Shown in pieces: positions 49,676-59,006 of a stretch of DNA of 64,000 nt (the stretch's first letter is position 1; every line of letters starts with the position of its first letter). A model generated the notes under the pieces. The model did no database searches. It saw nothing but the letters and a program-made list of their open reading frames with translations, and was not told the origin of the DNA. The translations under genes and the position numbers were made by a program. This stretch comes from Fibrobacteria bacterium (lineage in GTDB: Bacteria; Fibrobacterota; Fibrobacteria; UBA11236; JADFYW01): assembly GCA_050294405.1 (NCBI GenBank), contig JBNKOC010000028.1, positions 453,354 to 517,353 of the forward strand, given 5' to 3'.

Positions 49676-50478
49676 GATATAATGGGAACTTTTAAAAACA
49701 ATTTGAATGGATCTTCGTTAACATTAAGGGGAAGAAAGTGAATTCTGTTTGGATTAGATACAAAAGCGGCTTTTAAACGCGATACAATTTCGCTATGGCT
49801 AACAAAAAAGATGAGGATAACATTTTTTGGCTGTAATGAAATTAATTGATTTATTAACTGAATAAATATCTGGAAATCTATTTTTTGAGTGAGTACGCAA
49901 AAATATTCCGCTCCTTTTGAAGAGATAAACGAATAGACATATCCTTTTAAGGATTTGTTTTCTTGTTGGATGAAATAACTGTCTAAATACATGGATTCGA
50001 ATATTAAGTCCGGGCGTTTAGTAGAAAATGACTTTAACGTTTTCCCAATTTTTTGTTTTATGGCAGGTTTAATTTTTGAATTAAAGCGGTAGTGCTTTTT
50101 TTTGCTTACAATTCCTATTTGATTTAATAAACGGCTTATAGTGGGTTTGCTTAATTTTTTCCCATACATTTCTGTGATTTTGCGAGAAATTGTTTTTTGA
50201 GTCCATAATGTAGGTGTATCACTTTTATGGGTGAAAATTGCTTCGTATAAATTTTCAACTTCATTTTTTTCTAATAAAGAGGGCCTTCCAAACAAAGGCT
50301 TTGCAATAAGTGCCGGCTGCCCTCCATGTTTGTAATTTTTTACCCAGCGATAAACACAGGAGCGAGAAAGGCCAAGTTTTTCTGCAATTGTTTGGGGAGG
50401 TATTCCATGGGAATACTCTTCAATGGCGGATAGCCTTATATCCTGAAGTCTTTCGTGGCTAATTTTTCGTCCGTCCAT
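49672..50478 (-). CDS. IS630-transposase-derived HTH protein with a degenerate catalytic domain
   Basis: MDGRKISHE..IRLSA, LGLSRSCVYRW, GRPSLL, WTQKTI...LSKPTISRLL..IG; no recognisable DE/DNA..H/ELNP.E motifs. Confidence 0.7.
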   Translation of the reverse strand: MDGRKISHERLQDIRLSAIEEYSHGIPPQTIAEKLGLSRSCVYRWVKNYKHGGQPALIAKPLFGRPSLLEKNEVENLYEAIFTHKSDTPTLWTQKTISRKITEMYGKKLSKPTISRLLNQIGIVSKKKHYRFNSKIKPAIKQKIGKTLKSFSTKRPDLIFESMYLDSYFIQQENKSLKGYVYSFISSKGAEYFCVLTQKIDFQIFIQLINQLISLQPKNVILIFFVSHSEIVSRLKAAFVSNPNRIHFLPLNVNEDPFKLFLKVPIIS

Positions 50479-50535
50479 TTTTTGTTCTGATTTAAAGTTG
50501 TCTACCTACATTTGAAATACTTGGCCTTTTCGCTT

Positions 50536-50572
50536 AAAAAAATGCCCCGCCATTGAGGCAGGGCATCTTTTT
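50536..50572 (-). terminator. Rho-independent terminator just after the omcS-like gene
   Basis: Minus strand ATGCCCTGCC-tcaat-GGCGGGGCAT followed by a T-tract. Confidence 0.85.
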
Positions 50573-50576
50573 GCAA

Positions 50577-51638
50577 TTAGGGGGTAGTTGCTGAAATGTG
50601 ATCGAATTCATCCTTTGCGTGGCATTTGTTACATAGTGAACGTTGTTCGGGGCTGCTATAAGGGTTAGGAATAGCATAGGCACCGGATTCAACGCCTTCT
50701 TCTGACCAAAGAGTGATATTAAAGTCCCAACGTCCAGCATTTGGAGCTGAGGTAGCATGCGCCCTATGGCAAGACAAGCACATTACACGGCTGGAAGCAG
50801 AAGGACCTGCAGTGCTGGTAATTGTATTGCTTGCATCTTCAAAAGGAACTGCAGCCAGATAAGCAGTGGCTTGTGAACCGCCTGTTAAGTCATCAGTACC
50901 GTTATACAAATTGTATATACCGGATATAGTTCCACCTAAAGTTGAACCAGAAGGGTGGATGAGTTTGGTGTCGTTGTTGTGGAAGTCGCCGTGGCAGTTA
51001 CCGCACCAGCCACTCATGCCAGATTGGTAGGCTGTATGGTTACTGTTGGTTTCACCACCACTTAGTCCTATGCCTTCGGCAACAGGGGCAGGGTTGGTAA
51101 AAGTATAGTTACCTTGAACAACAGTTCTGCCTGCGCCATAAAGCAAGCGGAAGTCTGCAGTACCGTGGGGGTCGTGGCAACTGGTACATGACATAACTCC
51201 TGCAGGATAATTTCCACCTGGAGAGCTTACTAATGTAGCGTCTGTTGCCAAGCCAAAACCGGGGGCATTAATATTATGTCCAGCAGCATCACCTGAAATA
51301 GGCCGTGTTGCGCCTGCATGACCGTCATTTAAATTGTCTTCCAACAAAAATCCAAAGTTTCCACCGCCCACTTCTGGAGGAGGGGCTAAGGGATCTGGAG
51401 CTAAAATGGCGCCGAGCCTGGTTGCATGACAACCAAGACAAACATCACTGGCAGTTGCGTCTTTTAATAGCCAGGCGTTACCGTCTGGTGAATCCGGATC
51501 TACAAGAGCTCCGTCTTCGCTGTTATGCATAGTATGGCAGCCGTTACAGTGCGCCACACCCCCATCATGGAATGCATACAAATTCACAACATATGTCGTG
51601 AACAGGATGGATATTAATATTACAAAGTTTTTGGTCAT
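50577..51638 (-). CDS. omcS: OmcS-family hexaheme cytochrome (nanowire subunit homologue)
   Basis: Mature N-terminus FHDGGVAHCNGCHTMHNS, GHNI, PGGNYPA, CTSCHDPHG, GMSGWCGNCH, CLSCHRAHA and QRSLCNKCHAKD match G. sulfurreducens OmcS motifs as recalled; 6 CxxCH; AGGGAGG Shine-Dalgarno. Confidence 0.9.
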   Translation of the reverse strand: MTKNFVILISILFTTYVVNLYAFHDGGVAHCNGCHTMHNSEDGALVDPDSPDGNAWLLKDATASDVCLGCHATRLGAILAPDPLAPPPEVGGGNFGFLLEDNLNDGHAGATRPISGDAAGHNINAPGFGLATDATLVSSPGGNYPAGVMSCTSCHDPHGTADFRLLYGAGRTVVQGNYTFTNPAPVAEGIGLSGGETNSNHTAYQSGMSGWCGNCHGDFHNNDTKLIHPSGSTLGGTISGIYNLYNGTDDLTGGSQATAYLAAVPFEDASNTITSTAGPSASSRVMCLSCHRAHATSAPNAGRWDFNITLWSEEGVESGAYAIPNPYSSPEQRSLCNKCHAKDEFDHISATTP

Positions 51639-52048
51639 GAAGGCCTCCCTTTAAATCAAATGAACTTCTTTAAAACTAAGTTTATTTTTGTCCATTTTGT
51701 TGGGTTGCAAGACATATATACTTTGCAAAAATGTCAAGAATGTTTAAATGTAATGAATGCCGAATGTTAGTAATTAAAACAGAAAAAAAATACAAACTGA
51801 AAAAAATGATAACTAATTTTAATAGGTGTAACCAAAAATGGAGTAGAATGAATTTTGCAATATATTTTCGCAACTATTTTTTTGATTTTAGTATTCAAAT
51901 TTGGTTACAGTTGCCAATAAATGGTGCTTTTTCCATTGGATTTAATTCAGGTAGGAATTCAAAAAACTCGAAAAGTTATATGGGCACTCTAAAAAACTTG
52001 CGGTTTACCAGATTTGCCTGTCAAAATGACAAGAGAAATCAGGTTGTT

Positions 52049-53026
52049 TTAATTGGATATTTCAAACTTGTTGCGGTTATCGTATACAAGCTCTGGTGTT
52101 TTGCAAAGTTGAATACGATTATTTAAAGTCTGGGCAATAAAAATGATTCCCTCTGAATTTGTGGCAATGGAATTCGGGTAATAAAACCAGCCAAGGTTAT
52201 ATCCCTTCCCTCCGAACTCTCCCAAGAATTTTCCTTCCTGATTGTAACAGACCACGTTAAAACGGTTTTTATCCAATACATAGATGATTTTATCATGCAC
52301 CGTTATAGAAACGGGAAAGTTTAATTGGCCCGCCAAATTTCCCTTAATACCAATGGACCTTTGAAACGCACCATTTAAAGAATATATATGGAAAGCGGCA
52401 ATATTAGATATGGGTAAATATAAAAGACTGTCTTTAGTGTAGATGGAGCCATATAGAAATTCATTTTCCTTAATTTCTTTTTTGCCATGGAATACTATAA
52501 AGGAATTTTGGATAGCGCCGTTTGTATTTAAGGCGTAAATTTTATTTTGAGTTTCTTCCACAAAATAGATAAGCTGGTTATTTCCCATTGAAATTGAGGA
52601 AATAGAAACTCTTTTTAGATTTAATAGCTTGTGCAGATCAAAACTTTCCACAAATTTTCCATCAAAATCAATTTTGGCGATTTTAATATTTCCTTTTAAG
52701 TAACCTAATGCGTAAATGTATCCATTGGTATCTGCCGCCACATCTAAGGGAGAGCTTATAACACCATTAAAATTAATTTCATGGGTAAAGACATTGTTTT
52801 TATTAAAGATTAATAACCGGCTATTTCCCACATCGGCAATGTAGGTTTCAAAATACGGGGGTATGTTTAATATTCTACCAGGACGCTTAAATGAATTGCT
52901 CTTTCCTGGCAGTTTAAGTTCAGAAGTACATATTGCTGGTACGGATCTTATATCTTCTGCTCCGGATACTGTTTTTGCAAGGAATAGGGTTGCATATATA
53001 GATAAAATCAAAAACGGTATTTTCAT
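52049..53026 (-). CDS. NHL-repeat beta-propeller protein
   Basis: YIADVGNSRL, GQLNFPVSI, FGGKGYNLGWFYYPNSIA; signal peptide. Confidence 0.85.
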   Translation of the reverse strand: MKIPFLILSIYATLFLAKTVSGAEDIRSVPAICTSELKLPGKSNSFKRPGRILNIPPYFETYIADVGNSRLLIFNKNNVFTHEINFNGVISSPLDVAADTNGYIYALGYLKGNIKIAKIDFDGKFVESFDLHKLLNLKRVSISSISMGNNQLIYFVEETQNKIYALNTNGAIQNSFIVFHGKKEIKENEFLYGSIYTKDSLLYLPISNIAAFHIYSLNGAFQRSIGIKGNLAGQLNFPVSITVHDKIIYVLDKNRFNVVCYNQEGKFLGEFGGKGYNLGWFYYPNSIATNSEGIIFIAQTLNNRIQLCKTPELVYDNRNKFEISN

Positions 53027-54378
53027 TATATAAAAGGTGATTCAGGGCTATAATCTTTTTCTTCAATGGAGAGTTTTAACAGCTTGTTGCGAAAGGTGGA
53101 ATAGGGAAGTCGCAACTTTTTGGCAGCTAGTTTTTTATTTCCACGGGAAATAGTTAAGGCCTTAATTAATATCGATTTTTCCACTTCGGATATGGCGGTT
53201 TCAAAACAATAATCGTTCCCTATGTCTAAAAAATAATTTCCTTGTACGCGAAATTCCTGGGGCAAGTTATGATCAAAAACGGTATTCCCGCTTACTGTCA
53301 GCGTAATTCTTTCTATTATGTTTTCCAGCTGCCTTACATTACCGGGCCAGCTGTGGTTAAGAAGCAGTTCCATGGCTTTGGGCGAAATGTGCATGGGTTT
53401 GTTTGGAGAATATTTTTCGAGGTAGTATTTTATAAGAGTGGGAATGTCATTGCGCCTTTCCCTTAGGGGCGGGATAAAAATATTTAGAATGTTAATTCGG
53501 TAATACAAGTCGTATCTGAATTTCCCTTCATTTACTAACTTATCTAATGGACTGCTGGAAGTAGCAATAATTCTAAATGGCGGTTTTGAAAAGCTATCAT
53601 TTGATTCGAGTTTGGTTTGGAGGAAGTGAACCATTTTAGCTTGAGCCTCAAGTGAAATCTTTTCTATCTCATCTAAAAATATGCTACCTCCAGCGGCTTC
53701 TGAAAAAAAACCATTTGGAGAATGTTCGTGATTGCCGTTCAGTGAAAAATACGTTCCATACAATTCCTCATCCAAGCAATGTTCGGGGATAGCCGATAAA
53801 GAGACTTCAACAAATGGACCTTTGCTTCTGCTGCTGTTAGAATGTATTGCTTTTGCTACAATTTCTCTGCCGGAGCCTCTTTCACCTATGATTAATACAG
53901 TTCCATCGTTTTTGGATATGGAGTCGATTTGACTGACCATTCTTAGTATTGTGGGAGAATTTCCAATTATTCCAAAATACTCGTACTTTTTTTTCAGTTG
54001 AGAAATGTTGGTGTTTTCAATTACTTGATTCCCGGGTTGGGCTCCAGTAATAAATGGTTGCAAAGCAGTTGCGCTTAAAGGTCCCACTATATATTCATGG
54101 CCATTTTTTTCAAGTTCCTCAATTCGTCCCGGTTTTTCCGATGGATCGGCAATAAAAACAAAAATAATGTAGGGGTTTAATTTGGAAATTTGCTCCTTTG
54201 CTTTTAAAGCCTTTTGCAGGGGGAGTTGCATCTGGCAAAAAATGTGTGTGGGCCGGTTCTCTTTGCAATGCTTGATACATTCTTTGGGGCCATCAAAAAC
54301 GCTGAACTCAACTTGAATATTTTTTAGAAAATCTACTTGAAGGTCTTTACCTAGAAAAACAAAATTTTGACTGGCCAT
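53026..54378 (-). CDS. NtrC/Fis-family AAA+ regulator, atypical (no GAFTGA, Walker A GSGRE, degenerate receiver)
   Basis: FLDEI, FRYDLYYRIN, PPLRERRNDI, WPGNVRQLEN, Fis-type HTH. Confidence 0.85.
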   Translation of the reverse strand: MASQNFVFLGKDLQVDFLKNIQVEFSVFDGPKECIKHCKENRPTHIFCQMQLPLQKALKAKEQISKLNPYIIFVFIADPSEKPGRIEELEKNGHEYIVGPLSATALQPFITGAQPGNQVIENTNISQLKKKYEYFGIIGNSPTILRMVSQIDSISKNDGTVLIIGERGSGREIVAKAIHSNSSRSKGPFVEVSLSAIPEHCLDEELYGTYFSLNGNHEHSPNGFFSEAAGGSIFLDEIEKISLEAQAKMVHFLQTKLESNDSFSKPPFRIIATSSSPLDKLVNEGKFRYDLYYRINILNIFIPPLRERRNDIPTLIKYYLEKYSPNKPMHISPKAMELLLNHSWPGNVRQLENIIERITLTVSGNTVFDHNLPQEFRVQGNYFLDIGNDYCFETAISEVEKSILIKALTISRGNKKLAAKKLRLPYSTFRNKLLKLSIEEKDYSPESPFI

Positions 54379-54420
54379 ATATTAATGCAAAACCTAAAAA
54401 ACCAAACTTATTTCTAGAAA

Positions 54421-54437
54421 AGCAAATTTCAAGCCGA
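54421..54437 (-). promoter_or_regulatory. Possible sigma54 -24/-12 promoter for the AAA+ regulator gene
   Basis: Minus strand TCGGCTTGAAATTTGCT (GG-N10-GC), about 43 bp upstream of the ATG. Confidence 0.35.
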
Positions 54438-54562
54438 AATTTAATATGGGCGAAAGGCTCTGCGTCCGCCCATAAAAGGGATGCGAGAGAGGATATTATC
54501 CAAGTTTATAAAAAACTGCCACTTTGGCATATATATTATGCCTAATTGTCAGGAAGTTCCAC

Positions 54563-55147
54563 TTAATATTTTTTGACAAAAAACCGATTCTTCATGGAAT
54601 TATGGGGAAGGTGGCAATCCAGACAGCTCTTAGAATCAATATTTTCATGCTCTTTTCCTACGAAAAGATTCAAATTTTCATGGCAATAAATGCATAAAAA
54701 TTTTCCATTTCGAACTAATAAACTTTGGTAGGTGGATAAGTGAGGATCGTGGCATGCATTGCATTCGGAAACCCCTAAAGGCCCGTGAACATAACCGGGC
54801 AAATTTTTAAATTGCTCATGGCAATCTAAGCATAACATATTGGAATTTTTTACTTTTATTTTATTGGTTTCTTTATCGTGGCAGGTAAAGCATTTCCTTT
54901 TGAGATATGGATCGTGCACAGATAATACCTGGTAGTTTTTTGAACTTTTGAAAAACTCAATCATGCTTGGGAATTTAGAAAGAGAATCTCTTAGCAATGA
55001 ATCACTAAGAAAAATTTTATGTACTACTTTTAGTTCTGGTGGCGGCACATATTTTAAAAAATCATCGTATTTGTTAACAACTTTTCTCATGGTGCAAGAT
55101 GGCATAAACAAAATAGCCATATATATCGCATAACATGCACTTTTCAT
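54563..55147 (-). CDS. Pentaheme cytochrome c, probable lipoprotein
   Basis: 5 CxxCH; hydrophobic leader ending MPSC. Confidence 0.88.
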   Translation of the reverse strand: MKSACYAIYMAILFMPSCTMRKVVNKYDDFLKYVPPPELKVVHKIFLSDSLLRDSLSKFPSMIEFFKSSKNYQVLSVHDPYLKRKCFTCHDKETNKIKVKNSNMLCLDCHEQFKNLPGYVHGPLGVSECNACHDPHLSTYQSLLVRNGKFLCIYCHENLNLFVGKEHENIDSKSCLDCHLPHNSMKNRFFVKKY

Positions 55148-55223
55148 ATAAAAACTTTTAATAAACCTATGTATAAATAGGCCTTAAAAGTCATTTCTTC
55201 AGTTTATTTTCAAAAAATAAAAG

Positions 55224-55240
55224 AGCAAATCAAATGCCAG
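55224..55240 (-). promoter_or_regulatory. Sigma54 -24/-12 promoter for the pentaheme cytochrome
   Basis: Minus strand CTGGCATTTGATTTGCT, close to the TGGCAC-N5-TTGCW consensus with correct spacing. Confidence 0.55.
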
Positions 55241-55369
55241 GAATACAGCATTTCGGATTTATCTTCAATTTGGAATAAACTTTGCTTAATCCAGATAGAG
55301 CTCCATTTGGAGCGACCATATGTTATACGAATTCAAAATAATACTGCGTCTTGATTCCGGAGACCTTTT

Positions 55370-57187
55370 ATGCCCCGCATAGTTAAATTTTTGCGTTATT
55401 TGCCAATTCCTGTTTGTTTTGGACTTATTTTAATTTTGAAGAATCCTCTTTTTGCTGTAGATTCAGAAAATTGCCTAATGTGCCATCGTTACAGAGGCTT
55501 AGCACGAGTCGAAAAAGATGGAACCTACAGAGTCTTTTATATAAATGAAGAACTATTTAACAAAGGCCCCCATTCCAGAGTAACCTGCAAGGGATGCCAT
55601 GTGGACATTGAAGAAATTCCGCATAACAAAGCTGAAAAGGTAAATTGCCTGGTTAATTGCCATATTGAGGAGCCCAACCGGGAAATACTTTTTTCTCACA
55701 AGGGCGTTCAAAAAAGCCTGGATAAAAGTGTCCACTCTAAGTTAGATAGTACTGGAGAACTTAAAAAATACCAGGAAGATATTCCAAGCTGCAAAGACTG
55801 CCATGATTCCCCTTTGTTTAGGCCCATTAATGTGGACAGAACCATGCGGGATGGAATATCTGAAAAGGCAACAGGACGCTGCGCTGTTTGCCATGAGGAT
55901 CCAAATTTCGTTAAGTATTTTTACTCCCATGTTACTTCCAGATTACATAAAGCCAGAGATCCAAGAGAAGTTATAGAAATTTGCGGCCAATGCCATTCCG
56001 ATCCGGATTTTTTAAAACGGCATGATATGCCTAACGTGGTTTCCAGTTACCTGGAAACATACCATGGAAAAGCCATATTATTCGGCAGCAAAAGAGCCCC
56101 TGACTGTTTGGATTGCCATGCTGTTGGCAATAATGTGCATGAAATGCACGGTAAAAATGAAGTGACTTCCTCCGTATATGTAGATACAAGGCCTAAAACA
56201 TGCAGCCAAATTGATTGCCACCCTAAAGGAAACCCACAATTAGCGGAATTTAAAGTTCATGCAAGTCCACACGATGCAAAAAGATACCCAGTGGAAAAAG
56301 CCATTGCAGTAGGCTTTGTAGCTCTTACATTGGGCACCTTAATTCCCATGCTATTAATTAGCATGTTATCTCTGATAAGAGAGTTATTTCCAAGTAAACA
56401 GGCTAAAGAGGAAATAAAAAGGCTGGAGCATATTGCGGAAAAATTAGCAAAAGAAAATAAAGGAATAAAAAGATTTACCATTTGGCAAAGAACAGAACAT
56501 GCTATTTTGGTCATTAGTTTTATGGCATTATCCCTGACCGGTTTGCCTATGAAATTTCCGGAAACCTTTTGGGCTCCTATTTTGTATCAAGCCTTTGGGG
56601 GAATTGAAGTGGCTCCCATTATCCATAGGATTGCCGGTGTGACCATGTTATTGGGATTCGCCATTCATATATTTACCGTATTTTTAGATATTCATTTCAG
56701 TATTCGCCAAGGCGGAAAAAAGGGGATTAAAGCCTGGGTAGAAACCATTATAAGTCTGCCTATGGTTCCCACAATTCAGGATGGAAAAGACTTATTGGTT
56801 ATGTTTAAATACATATTGTTTATAAGTCCTGTACGTCCTGCATATAGAAGATTTTCCTGGAAGGAAAAGTTTGACTACCTCGCTATTTTTTGGGGTGTTC
56901 CACTACTTGGCCTGACAGGATTTATTTTATGGGGAGAAGAACTGTTCAGCCACTATATTCCAGGTTGGGTGATTAACATTTCTTACTTGGCTCACTCTGA
57001 CGAAGCCTTACTTGCCGTATCCTTTATATTCCTGATTCATATTTTAAATGTACTTCGTCCATTTAGTTCACCTTTAACAGGAATGTTAACGGGAAAAATC
57101 AACCCAAATGCATTTGCTGAAGAACACGGTGGACAGATTGATGATGAATTAGGGCTGGAAGATAAAAATGAACAAAATAAGAATTGA
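55370..57187 (+). CDS. Multiheme cytochrome c fused to a cytochrome b membrane domain (CbcL-like quinol:cytochrome c oxidoreductase)
   Basis: 6 CxxCH plus CLVNCH and CSQIDCH; SYLETYHGKA motif; TM domain RF..WQRTEH, IIHRIAG, EKFDYLAIFWG, AHSDEALLA...IH. Confidence 0.85.
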   Translation: MPRIVKFLRYLPIPVCFGLILILKNPLFAVDSENCLMCHRYRGLARVEKDGTYRVFYINEELFNKGPHSRVTCKGCHVDIEEIPHNKAEKVNCLVNCHIEEPNREILFSHKGVQKSLDKSVHSKLDSTGELKKYQEDIPSCKDCHDSPLFRPINVDRTMRDGISEKATGRCAVCHEDPNFVKYFYSHVTSRLHKARDPREVIEICGQCHSDPDFLKRHDMPNVVSSYLETYHGKAILFGSKRAPDCLDCHAVGNNVHEMHGKNEVTSSVYVDTRPKTCSQIDCHPKGNPQLAEFKVHASPHDAKRYPVEKAIAVGFVALTLGTLIPMLLISMLSLIRELFPSKQAKEEIKRLEHIAEKLAKENKGIKRFTIWQRTEHAILVISFMALSLTGLPMKFPETFWAPILYQAFGGIEVAPIIHRIAGVTMLLGFAIHIFTVFLDIHFSIRQGGKKGIKAWVETIISLPMVPTIQDGKDLLVMFKYILFISPVRPAYRRFSWKEKFDYLAIFWGVPLLGLTGFILWGEELFSHYIPGWVINISYLAHSDEALLAVSFIFLIHILNVLRPFSSPLTGMLTGKINPNAFAEEHGGQIDDELGLEDKNEQNKN

Positions 57188-57196
57188 GATATTACT

Positions 57197-58060
57197 ATGA
57201 AAAAATATTTCGCCGTATTCAATAAGTATTTGTATGTGATAACCATGATTTTGTTTTCCACGGCTGCGGGCATTTTTCTTAGCGTGCTATTAATTGGAAT
57301 TGTGACACACCCGGATTCCCATGAAAAAAAAGACGCTATCTCAGAAGACTTTCAGCAAATCCTGTCTCAAACTGATAAAGAAGTAACCAGGCATATGGGC
57401 GATATGGGATTTTCTGAACCAAAATTAAAAGGCCACTTCCATCACATTGGAAAGTGGTACGAAAATGACACCTGGAATTTTTGTATTGAATGTCATGGCT
57501 CTATTCCTCATTCAAAAAGCGCGGAGAATAGATCTTTTTTAAACATGCACACCTTGTTTGTTTCTTGCCAGGTTTGCCATGTTCCTTTGCTTGAGTCAGA
57601 AAAAACAGATACAGAAGGAAGATATGGTTGGATTGATATTAAGAAGGGGGAACTGCAAAAAAGTCCTGATATGGTAAATGCTGTTCCTGGGGAATATGGA
57701 GTAAAAATAATCCAATTGTCCGGCACGGGTTCTAACCCCAAACCCTTGTATATGCAGAAAGAAAGAAAGTTTTATGAAGAGTTTAAATTACGAGAAAAAG
57801 ATTTAAATGAAACTCAAAAGGGAATTACCAACAAAATATTGCACGAGCGATGTGCTGAAAAGCCTATGGAATGTAATAAATGCCATACCACAGAATCACC
57901 CTTGTTGAATTTTTCGGAACTGGGCTATACCGAGGATAGAAACAACTATTTGATGAATCTTGAAGTGGTGGATTTAGTGCAACGCGCCGAAAACTTTTAT
58001 ATACCTACTCTTCTAGATGGAAAGACTATTGATACCGCAACAAGTAAAGTTATGCCTTAA
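57197..58060 (+). CDS. Membrane-anchored triheme cytochrome c
   Basis: N-terminal TM; CIECH, CQVCH, CNKCH. Confidence 0.85.
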   Translation: MKKYFAVFNKYLYVITMILFSTAAGIFLSVLLIGIVTHPDSHEKKDAISEDFQQILSQTDKEVTRHMGDMGFSEPKLKGHFHHIGKWYENDTWNFCIECHGSIPHSKSAENRSFLNMHTLFVSCQVCHVPLLESEKTDTEGRYGWIDIKKGELQKSPDMVNAVPGEYGVKIIQLSGTGSNPKPLYMQKERKFYEEFKLREKDLNETQKGITNKILHERCAEKPMECNKCHTTESPLLNFSELGYTEDRNNYLMNLEVVDLVQRAENFYIPTLLDGKTIDTATSKVMP

Positions 58061-59004
58061 TGTTTAAAAAGTTTAAAGCACATCTTTTTTTTTTAGCAAT
58101 TCATTTTCCCCTAATAGCTCTTTCCACAACATTTGCCTCCTCTGCTGTTTTAAAGGTTGAGGAAGTAAAAGGCTTTGGTCGGTCGAAGGCTATTTCTCTG
58201 GCCATGCCAACGGATGTCACTGTCGGAGAAAACTCAAACGTGTATGTGGTGGATGGGGTTAATAACAGAATATTGGTATTTAGCAAAGCAGGTGAATTTG
58301 TATCTTCATTTGGGGGATTTGGCAATTCTTCGGGCCAGTTTAATAGTCCATTGGGAATAGCCACAGGAAAAAATGGAACTATTTATATTGCGGATACTGG
58401 AAATAAAAGAGTCCAGATTTTTTCACCTCATGGTAAGTTTTTAAAAGCAATTGATGTTAAAAAATCTAAAACATCGCGCCCCCCGGATATTACGGATATC
58501 GCTTTAGATATTGCAACAAACAGATTGTATATATGCGACAACGACAACCACCAAATCCTGGTTTATGACGATAACAAGGGAATTTATTTAAATAGCATTG
58601 GAAGCCAGGGAAAAGCAAGGATGATGTTTAGGTATCCTTTCCTAATATCCGTTTCACAGAAAGGATATTTGCTGGTGGCGGAAACGATCAACACCCGCGT
58701 ACAGGTTATTAACCCTAAGGGTAATTTTGTTTCTTTTATTGGGAAATGGGGGCTTGACGCAGGCCAACTGTACAGACCCAAAGGCGTTGCTGTTATGGGA
58801 GAAACCGTTTTTGTATCCGATAGCTATTTAGGTCGAATACAAGCCTTTACCCTTAGCGGGAAATTTATCGGAGAATTAGTGGATACAAAAGGTGCTCCTC
58901 TTGAATTGGAAACTCCCACGGGAATTGCCACAGATACAAAAAACAAAATTTTGTATGTGGTAGAGCTAAAGCCAGGAAGAATCCGAAGTTTTAAGGTTAA
59001 ATAA
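58060..59004 (+). CDS. NHL-repeat beta-propeller protein
   Basis: YVVDGVNNRILVF, GQFNSPLGIA, YIADTGNKRVQIF. Confidence 0.9.
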   Translation: MFKKFKAHLFFLAIHFPLIALSTTFASSAVLKVEEVKGFGRSKAISLAMPTDVTVGENSNVYVVDGVNNRILVFSKAGEFVSSFGGFGNSSGQFNSPLGIATGKNGTIYIADTGNKRVQIFSPHGKFLKAIDVKKSKTSRPPDITDIALDIATNRLYICDNDNHQILVYDDNKGIYLNSIGSQGKARMMFRYPFLISVSQKGYLLVAETINTRVQVINPKGNFVSFIGKWGLDAGQLYRPKGVAVMGETVFVSDSYLGRIQAFTLSGKFIGELVDTKGAPLELETPTGIATDTKNKILYVVELKPGRIRSFKVK

Positions 59005-59006
59005 TT

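Noticed and set aside
49672..50520. Active IS630 insertion sequence
   Set aside because: No catalytic DDE motifs or terminal inverted repeats were found, and the ORF is coupled to the downstream gene.
51639..52048. GEMM-I (c-di-GMP/cGAMP) riboswitch upstream of omcS, as in Geobacter
   Set aside because: Only a fragmentary minus-strand GGCAAA...CGCAAG near 51997-52022; no convincing GNRA-capped P2 or P3 stem. An Rfam scan would settle it.
51682..52126. ORFs 51731-52126 (+) and 51682-51873 (-)
   Set aside because: AT-rich chance ORFs in the omcS upstream region with no recognisable motifs; the longer one overlaps the NHL gene antisense.
54445..54475. Hairpin TATGGGCG...CGCCCATA as a riboswitch or terminator
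   Set aside because: 8-bp stem with a long loop and no clear U-tract; the GGACGCAGAGCC similarity to GEMM is too short to support a call.
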